Assembly: GCF_009914755.1 (NCBI RefSeq)
Contig: NC_060926.1
Source of the DNA: the human T2T-CHM13v2.0 reference genome, Homo sapiens
Strand: one strand, 5' to 3'
Length of the DNA stretch: 64,000 bases
Part shown: positions 54,085 to 64,000 of the stretch, one piece after another
Numbering within the stretch: position 1 is the stretch's first letter
Layout of the letters: each line of letters opens with the position of its first letter
Notes under the pieces: generated by a model
Seen by the model: the letters and a program-made list of their open reading frames with translations, nothing else
What the model was told of the DNA's origin: nothing
Databases searched by the model: none
Position numbers and translations under genes: made by a program

Positions 54085-56146
54085 TCAGCAACCCAGGTGC
54101 CATGTGTAGTTGCTGCTCCACGGTCTTTCTTGTCTGTCTCTCGGCCACAGTGAACACCCCCGTATACACACACTGACAAATGCAGGTGCTTAGCCTGGAA
54201 ACCACCGGCCTTCCTGACTGCTGGAAAAGGAAGGCTAAGCAAGACACAGAGGAGGAATGTTCCTGCTTCTTCTTACACCAAAAAGTCATGATAATAACAA
54301 GGAAAGGGAGGGAGGGAGGGAGGGAGGAAGGGAGGGAGGGAAAGAAGAGCAGAGGAGGGGAGGGATGGGAAGGGATAGGAGAGAACACTTTCTGTGCCAT
54401 AAAACCTCTTCTTACAAGGGGCATTTCCAGGAGAGCCCGCTAAGTTGCATGCACTGGGGGTGTCTGTCTGTCTCTGTGAAAGAAACCAGAGCCGTTATCA
54501 GGCAGGAAAACTGTCTAGTGGCTTCACCTAGTAATTTCTTGGCCAGACAGTGACAGTTCTGCTCATTCAAAGGAGTAAACAAACACATGTACATTTTCTC
54601 TGTTGCGCCAGGAAGGAACGGCAGCCTTCCCTCTCCGCCATGCATGGACAAGATAAAACCCAGGACACGCTAGGATTTTGTGTTGATGGGTGCACACTGG
54701 GCCTGCCCCATCCCATTGCTGGAACTCTGACCCATGACTTTGCAGCACTTAGGTCCTGGGAAGAGGCAGGTGGATCCCAGCAAAGTGCCCTTCCCCACGC
54801 CAGGGCCCTCTGGGTCCATGCTGGGCAGTGCCCATGGCAGGGAAGAGGCTCAGCTGCAGAGATCGCTGCCTGGGCAGAGCCACTCTCAGCCCTCGGGGAG
54901 GGGAGCGCAGCTGCTCTCAGCCCTCGGGGCCTGCACTTAAGCAGTGTTTAGCCTGCTCTGCGTCTGACCAAGTACCTGGCCCACAAAACTGACACCCATG
55001 AGCCCGCTGGTCTGGACAGAGTGCCAGGGGTTGGGCTGGGGTCCTGACCCTCTGTTGTCTGCACTTTGACTCCCTCCCCTGCCTCAAAGGGTGCACCCAC
55101 CCACTGCTCATGGACACCCGGGGTCTCTCCTCGACTTTCATCCCTTTCGCTGACCCTGTGCCCAGTCCTGTCCAACTCACAGGGCTGGAAAGTCCCATGG
55201 CCCTCTTGGGAGGGATGCTGAGCTTGGAGAAGGCTGTGAACAGTGAGATTGGGTCCCAGGTGAGGAGCAGGAGAGAGGCTAGGTGCTCCCCAGAAAGTGA
55301 CTTGGCTGCTCTGTGCCCTGAGTCCAATCACAGGGCTGCTCAGTCACGAAGCCCAGAGAGGCTGAGCCCAAACCCCTTAGCCTGAAGGGGAGCATTGGGG
55401 TTCATACCATATCTCCCCAGATCCCTTTAAATAGCATCCCTGATCACCCAACCCCACATAAACAGACACTCCTGTTGGCGTTTTTAGAAAGAAGGTGGGG
55501 AGAAGGTGGATCTGAGCAGGCGGGGCCTGAGTGGTGACAGACCCAGGCCCGAAGGATGCGTCCTTTCAACCATGCAGATCCAGCTTCCCCTCTTCCTTCT
55601 CTCCTGTCTGCCTTGAGGGAAGTGAGACCAGGGCTCAGAATGTGAGGGCAGTGCTGCCCCAGGGATCGTTCCTCAACTACCGTGTGGCCGGGTCCATAAA
55701 CCAGCTGTGTATTTGCTTACGTTCTGCCTATAAATCAATTCACTCTTCTTAGGCTTGCCCTAAACAACCTCTGAAAGGAGGGTTTGGGTGCTTGTTCCAT
55801 GACTTTCTGATTCATGTGAAATTAGACACAAAACTTGTAAAACATAAGCATGTATCCTGGTGTGCCTGGAACCTCCTGTCTACAGTCCTGCACTGGGACA
55901 CAAGGTGACGGGTCCAGCCTCAGGGAAGTGACCTTGAGCAGCCACCCAGCCCGGCCATGGCAATGTCTGGGGCAAGGCAGGGCTGGGCTGGCCTCATGCT
56001 AGTGACACACTTGAATGGATGACTGTCTGCCTCCTTGAATGAAAACTGAGAAGACAAATTCTTTCCGCTTTAGCAAAGGAAACATTTGGCGGACCCGAAT
56101 TCGAAACATGAGGTCATGGAAGAAAAGAGTGTAAGATCCTTGGTGA

Positions 56147-56598
56147 TGGTTATGGGAGGAATTGTGTCCCCGAAAAATATACGTGGAAGTCCTAACCTCC
56201 AGGACCTTCAAAGGGGACCTTATTTGGAAGTAGGGCTTTGCAGAGGTGATCAAACTGAGTAAAGATGCAGTCAACCCTGGAGCAGGATGGGCCTCTAATC
56301 CAACCTGCCTGGTGTCCTTAGGAGAAAGGGCCACAGGAAGACACAGGACAGGAGAAGCCTGCGAAAATGCAGTGATGCGTCTGCAGGCCAGGGTCGCCCA
56401 AGATGCTGGCCACCACCAGGAGCTGGAAGAGGCAGGGAGGGATTTTCCCCAACAGGTTTCAGAGAGAGAGAGCGCGCCTCTTGCCGGCACCTTGATTTTG
56501 GACTTCTGGCCTCCAGAAGTGTGAGATGATAAATGTCTGCTGTTTTAAGCTACCTGGTTTGTGGTATTTTGTCATGGCAGCCCCAGAACTCCAATACA
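56147..56598 (+). mobile_element. MLT1-family LTR
   Basis: AATTGTGTCCCC...GACCTTATTTGGAA..AGGG...GGACTTCTGGCCTCCAGAA...AATACA. Confidence 0.85.
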
Positions 56599-56727
56599 CT
56601 GATTAAACAGAAATTTGCAGATCGTCACCCAGGTCCAAGGCTCTCCTTTTCAGGTGAGGAAGTGAGTCACAGAGAGATTATGTGACCCGGCCAGGGTCAC
56701 GCAGCAACAGACGCAGAGGTGTGGTTA

Positions 56728-56922
<195 letters not shown>

Positions 56923-57050
56923 TCAGACGGCTCAGGGGGCTACGTAGGGTGAGGGAGGGGGACACAGGCAGGGTAGGGGCAGGGAGAGGCTCACACCTGG
57001 TGGGGTGGGGGAGGGGACACAGGCAGGGTAGGGGCAAGAGGGGCTCACAC

Positions 57051-57117
57051 CTGGTGGAGGAGGAAGGTCCCCATGCATGGCATGCCCCCACGGTGGTCCA
57101 CCACGGCCGGGATGTAA
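57051..57117 (-). CDS. KIF1A: KIF1A exon ([11 protein letters not shown]...FLLHQ)
   Basis: AG/GT, 67 nt. Confidence 0.95.
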
Positions 57118-58020
57118 CTGGAAGAGAGAGACACATGTGAGGAGCGGCCAGCCCCTCCTCTCTGCCCTCCCCGCAGCACAGGACACAGTGGACGGGAGCA
57201 AAAACAGGGAAAAGTCAGCAGCTCCCTCTGGTGAAGATCAGGTGGTCTGATCCATGGAGACCACGGTCAGCTGAGCACAGAAACCCACCAGGCCTCCTTG
57301 GCTATCACCTCCCAGCCCTGCCCACTGGACTGGCAGGGTGTCCAACAAGGAGACACGGTATGGCACAGCCTGGCCCCTCTGGGCTGGATCTTTGTAAGTT
57401 CCCAAGGGTCCTCTGCTTCCCCTCATGCCCTGCAGATCCGCAACCCAAGGCCAGAGGATCCAGAGGAAATCCCAGCAGATGGGCTCGTCTTCTCCAACAT
57501 CTAAGGCTCCTGTCCCACTCTGGGCAAGGATCCGAGTCTCCACCAGGCCCCACTCTGAGCTGCCAGCCACAGCCCAGCTCCCAGCTGCCCCCAGGGCACC
57601 AGGCAGACCCCCACTGGCCTCCACCCTGGGGCCCTGGAACCTGCCTCCCCAGGGCCTCAGGGCTCCCCTCCCACCTCCCTCAAAAGTCCCTTGATCACTT
57701 TGTAAGTGCTGTCTGCCTCCCTGCCCTGCCCCTGAGCCATACCCTGGTTTGCTGTCCTAGTGCTCAGGACCATGGGGACACTAATTCAGGTGCTTATCTG
57801 TCCAGCACCTCCCTGCCCCTCATGCCAGCTCCTCCAGGACTTTGTCTGCTTTTACTCCCCAAGACCTAGATGAGGCCGGGCCCACAAGAGGTCTGCAGTG
57901 AACACCCGCTGGAAGAACGACTCTGGATGCTGGCAACCCTCAGGCAGCTCAAGTCCTCGTCCCTCTCCGCGCACCCCCCCACACACACTCACGCCCTGGG
58001 GGCCCCAGCACCAGCACTCA

Positions 58021-58173
<153 letters not shown>

Positions 58174-59681
58174 CTATCACGTGCCAAGGGCACACTCAAG
58201 GAGGAGATGCCGGGGCCAAAGGGACTCAGAGGCAGCAAGGGCACCTCCCCCTCCTCAAGGGAAACAACCAGCCAACCCCAGCCATTCCCAAGATACACCG
58301 GGTCCTGGGCACTCTGTGGCCTTAGCACGTCACATGGACGCTCACGTTCTCTGTGCCCCGGCTAGGAAAGGCACATGGCCATGTACACTCGGCACAGCTC
58401 ATGAGGAGGACAGTGGTCAAGACCCCAAGAACCAACAGGGCAGCCGCACATACCCTTGTTCAAAAGCCCCACAACCCTCACGGGGCCGCTCTGCCATGCT
58501 GCCAGGCCCATTGCCTACACCACACCTTGGCCACAGCCTACTACACCTGTCCAAGCACATTTCACCAGCACCCAGGCCTGGCCCGAGAGGACCTGTCCCT
58601 CAGCTCCCACTGACCCTCCACTCGTGTCCAGCTCCTGACAAACAGCCTCTGTCCTCACATCCTTCACCCACCTCTGTCTACCACTCCCTTCTCTGAGACC
58701 CATCACACAGGTCCTCTTCTAGCAAGTCCCCTCCTCTGCCTCTCCTACAAATATGGATCTACAGGTCTTTCTTGCAGGCTGTGGGGAGGACTGAATCTCA
58801 GGGAACTCATACTGCGGGCCACAAAGCCTGTACAGACCAGGGACTGGCTCTGCAGCAGCTGGAGGGTGTCCTCCCACAGTGTCCTCAGCCCGCAAACCTT
58901 CATCTTACAGGGGTTCCGAGGACAGGGTCCTTGCAAGGCAGGCACAAGAGGCTGACACCTGGTCACCATGTGTGCAGACCCAGTGCCTCCACCCACCAGC
59001 TGCAGAAGCAGCTTCTCACACAGGCCCCTACCCTCTGGGGTGCTGGTGCCCGGGACCACACTCCCTCCTTCAGGAGGGTTTCTGGGCTATGAGAGACTCG
59101 GCCACACCTGCTGGGCCTCAGTCTGGCTGTCTTCAGCTCTCCCCCGACCATGTCCCTGGGTTTTGGTCTTGCAGGAAATAAACTCCACTCTTTTAACTAA
59201 AAGCCAGTGGATCTCAAGTGCTATTCCATGACCCACCTGTTCCCACAGGCAGAGGCTCCAGGCTCCAGGCAAAAGCTCTGACAAATACTTCTCCCCGACT
59301 GACCCCACACTCTCGCTCCCACCTCCAGCCTCAGACCCCCGTGAAGGAGCGTCCTAGATTGCCTTTCATCCCCAAATCTCCACCTCTCTGCGTTCAGCTG
59401 AGATGCCTGAAGTCCCCTCAAAGCCCCCGACCCTCTTGCTGCCTTCCTTCCTTGGCTCCCCACACCTCTGCCACCAGCTCCAGGCTACTCTCTGGGCACA
59501 GGGCAGACCCTTGCTCCATGGGGACCCCGTGAGGCCTGACAGGCTCAGGGTGGCGCCAGAGTGCCTGGGAGGGCACAGCCCAGTCACAGAGGACAGCATT
59601 CACTGCGGGGGCCCAGCCCACTACAGCACCCACAGTGAGGGGAGCTCACTGCCCTGAGACGGCTCCAGAGACCCTTCCTAC

Positions 59682-59737
59682 CTGGCTTGGACAGTGGCAT
59701 GACCCGAGGGAAGTGGCGGCGCGAGGGCCTCAGGGGG
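59682..59737 (-). CDS. KIF1A: KIF1A exon (PLRPSRRHFPRVMPLSKP)
   Basis: AG/GT, 56 nt. Confidence 0.94.
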
Positions 59738-60318
59738 CTGTGGAGAAAGGACCAGTGTGAGGTGTTTGCGGGACCCTGGGCGGGAGGGGTCAGAAGGAGA
59801 CAGAAGGGCTACAGGCCCCAGGTGCCCATCCCGGCCCCTCCCACCCTCTCTTCTCCAAGACCGTCCACCAGCTTGGGTGGGAGGAAGAGGAGGGACCCTT
59901 GGGACCCCAGCTCCCACCCCAGAGGCCACAGGGAACCAGGGCAAGGGTCAAGCTCTGGCTCCCAGTCCAGAGTCCCTCAGGCACTCGCGAGGACAGACAA
60001 GCACCCCCAGAACAAAGCCTTCATTGCCCTTCTCTTTCCCTGACACCCTGGAGGGCCCCTGAGCTCCCAGTCCTGCCTGACAGCTGAGGGGAGATGGAGA
60101 TGGGAAGAAAGGGCCCACCCGAGGCCTCTCTGCAGTTCTCTCTGCACTCGAGGTGCCCAGGAGGGGTCGGCTTGGCCCAGGGTAGACACTCCTGTCCACC
60201 TTCAAGGGTCTGGGTGAGATGGCCTGAGTGGAAGTCCTGACTTCATGCCCCAGCCCCGCAAGTCTCTCTGAGCCCCCATTTTCCAGGCCTCAGGAGGCTG
60301 CGTGGACTGAGGGAGCTA

Positions 60319-60855
<537 letters not shown>

Positions 60856-61161
60856 TCACATTCAAGGGGGAAGGAGAGTCACATCAGTGAGCTAAGCGCT
60901 TCAGGCCCAGATCTGGGACCCCTAGCTGGGCCCACGTCTGCCCAGGGGCAGCAGCCTCCTCTAGGCCCTTCAGCCCAGCCCCTCCTCCCACCACGTGCCC
61001 CAGACAGACTCTGGAGTGTGTCCCTCGGGCTCTCTCTCCAGGACGAACAGGGGCCGCGTGGCTCAGCTGCCCTTTCAGAACACGGAGCTGGGAAAGGTGA
61101 CAAAGGGCAGCGCTGGTCTCTTCAGGACTCCCCTTCTTAGGTCCTGCCCCACTCAGCAAGA

Positions 61162-61558
61162 GTTATGGGTTGGACCATGTCCCCTCACCAAATTCGTATG
61201 TTGAAGTCCCAACCCCAGGACTTCAGAATGAGAGTATATCCTGAGATAGGGCCTTTACAGAGAAAACGGAGTTAACGAGAGGTCATCAGAGTAGGTCCCA
61301 ATCCAACATGGCTGCTGTCCCTATGAAAAGCGGAAGTTTGGGCCCAGGCACACGCAGAGGGGGAGGGCCATGTGAACAGACACAAGGAAGAGGCGGCTGT
61401 TCTATAAGCCAAGGATAGAGGCCTAAGAAGGGGGCAATCCTGCCCACACCCTCATCCCGGGCTTCCAGCCTCCAGAGCCATGGGAGGCCACATTTCTGTT
61501 GTTTTTAGATGCCCCCACCTATGGTGCTTTGTGACAGAAGTCCCAGCCAACTAACCCA
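61162..61558 (+). mobile_element. MLT1A/B-like LTR
   Basis: AAATTCGTATGTTGAAGTCC..AACCCC...GATAGGGCCTTTA...CTTCCAGCCTCCAGA. Confidence 0.85.
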
Positions 61559-62140
61559 CTGAGTCTCCAGGTTATCACCCCTGCCAAATCCACACCCGTG
61601 GCCTGGCACTCAAGGCCTGGCTCCCTGGTAGCTTTCCTTATCACCGTTAGGCACTCTTTCCCCTGCTGCCCCAGGAGCCCAGTTCTCCCGCCTGGAGAAG
61701 GAGCTGCTCCGCCTTAAAGGCCCCTCCTCTCCATCATCCTAGCAGCCCAGCTGCCATCACTCTCCTGCCTGGAGTTTTCCAGACCTCTCGGGACGTTGCC
61801 GGCACCCTGTAGCCCCTGTGGCCCTGCCTCCTTCCCATTCCCAACACCCAAGCCAGGGCTGCCCTGGCTGAGCACCCCCGGCCCTCAGTACAAATCCCAG
61901 GCCCCACTGCACCTGCATCCGGCTCCCCATCGGCTCTATGCTCACTATGAGCAGCTCCCAGGGGCTCTGAGCGGCCCCCATGCCCCAGCTGTAAACCCAT
62001 CAAGGGTCTCCCACTGCCCAGAAATCGCTCCTACACCCTGCCTGGCACTGGAGTTCCCGGTGCACAAGGCAGTCCTGGCCCACAACTGGTGTTCAGAAGA
62101 GGGAGAATGAGCCATGCTCAGAGAGGCCCTGGGAGGGTCA

Positions 62141-62323
<183 letters not shown>

Positions 62324-62489
62324 TTACCAGGTGGAACCCACCTCACACGAGGGCGCTGGGGCGTTCAGGGCCTGCGGGCTGGGCCAACACAGCACCAACA
62401 TGGCCTGCTCCCTGCCCAGCACCCAGGCACGGGAGCCTTGGGCACAGAGTCCCTGCGCAGCGCAGGGACACAAAGGCAGCAGGGCCTCA

Positions 62490-62672
<183 letters not shown>

Positions 62673-62687
62673 TCAAGGAGAGAGTCA

Positions 62688-62951
<264 letters not shown>

Positions 62952-63988
62952 TCAGAGAGAGCCAGGAGCCAGCCGAGGAGGGGCACCGTAGACCCTGCCA
63001 CAGGCCCACGGGAGGGCTGTGCCACCCAGAGCCTGGGCTGGGGCCTCCATGAACCCACGCACCAGACCTGTGCCTGCCTTGTAGGGGGGCATCCACCTCC
63101 CCAGGTCTCAGTTTTCCCTGCTGTGGATGTGTGTCTTTGGATTCTACAGCCTATGGCTATGGGAGTTCTGAGCTGTCCTGGAAACAACTCACCACCTGCC
63201 TCTCTGCTCTGGTCTTCAGTTCAGCCGGACCCCCGCCTGCCAGGGCCCCTTGTCCAGCAGGTTAGCTCTCTCCCCTCCCCTTCTTGGGCATCCCCAATAC
63301 TGACAGCCCCTCCAAGAGAAAAGGCATTGGGCAGACAGACCACCCTCGCTCAGGGAGTAGGGCACCCAGGTTCCAGGTGACGGCACGGCCAGGTGGGCAG
63401 GGGTGAGAAGTGAGTCTAAGAAGGTGGGGACAGGAGCCACCTGAGTGTGGCATGGGGTGCACTTTGGGGACCTTCCTCCACCACTCTCTCAAGAGCAGAA
63501 GAGGAGACTGAGTGGTCCAGGTGCCACTGGACACAGCGCCGGCCCTTCACATGAGGACCGCAGGTAGGCAGCCTCAGGGGGGCAGCCCAGGAGCAGGCGA
63601 AGGAGCAGGCGAAGGGGGCAGTGGGAACGCGCCGTACTGTGGGGACCCAGAGGAGAGCTGGTCCAGAGAAGGGAGACAGGGTGGGGGTGGCTGCACCTCA
63701 GTGTCTGTTCTGGAGGCTCGTGTTGTCCACCTGCTCTGCGCCCCGACTTGGACCCTGGAGCGGCCGTGGTGGGAGATGGGCGGATCCAGGGGTCAGGGCA
63801 AACCCGGGAAAAGGGGCGCAGTGTGCTTAGAGATGGGGCAGGCTCAGTGCTCTGGACCAGAGGGAAGAACCCCAAGAGGACTCAGGGCCCGTGGGATGGG
63901 ACACAGGGGTGTTAGAGGAGCAAAGTGCACAGGACTCCAGTGAGCGCCAGGCACCTCCAGGTCTGGGACTCGGGAGGGAGCTTGGTAC

Positions 63989-64000
63989 CTTTTCAAAATG
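63989..64000 (-). CDS. KIF1A: KIF1A exon, 3' end only (..HFEK), continues beyond window
   Basis: CAT TTT GAA AAG|gtacca joins in frame to FQSES. Confidence 0.85.

Overview
GC-rich hominid (most likely human) genomic DNA matching the subtelomeric 2q37.3 AQP12/KIF1A region. From left to right it holds: (1) a near-perfect inverted duplication (1-2697 vs 5875-8571, 3.18 kb spacer) carrying the upstream regions of the divergent AQP12B/AQP12A paralogs; (2) the complete 3-exon superaquaporin AQP12A on + (307 aa); (3) a decayed hAT transposase; (4) a multiply disabled, unprocessed GAL3ST2-like sulfotransferase exon on - inside a CpG island; (5) a nested L1/LTR/Alu block; (6) the 3' portion of kinesin-3 KIF1A on -, with 18 complete constitutive exons, one partial exon, two microexons and a ~3.6 kb 3'UTR. 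I found no convincing wholly new biological system. The best leads are the GAL3ST2-like fossil, the palindrome breakpoint that truncates an LTR and so marks the ancestral copy, a PTF1-type element before AQP12A, and two tandem duplications that copy KIF1A splice donors next to in-frame stops. Gene and repeat names come from recalled sequences, not database searches.
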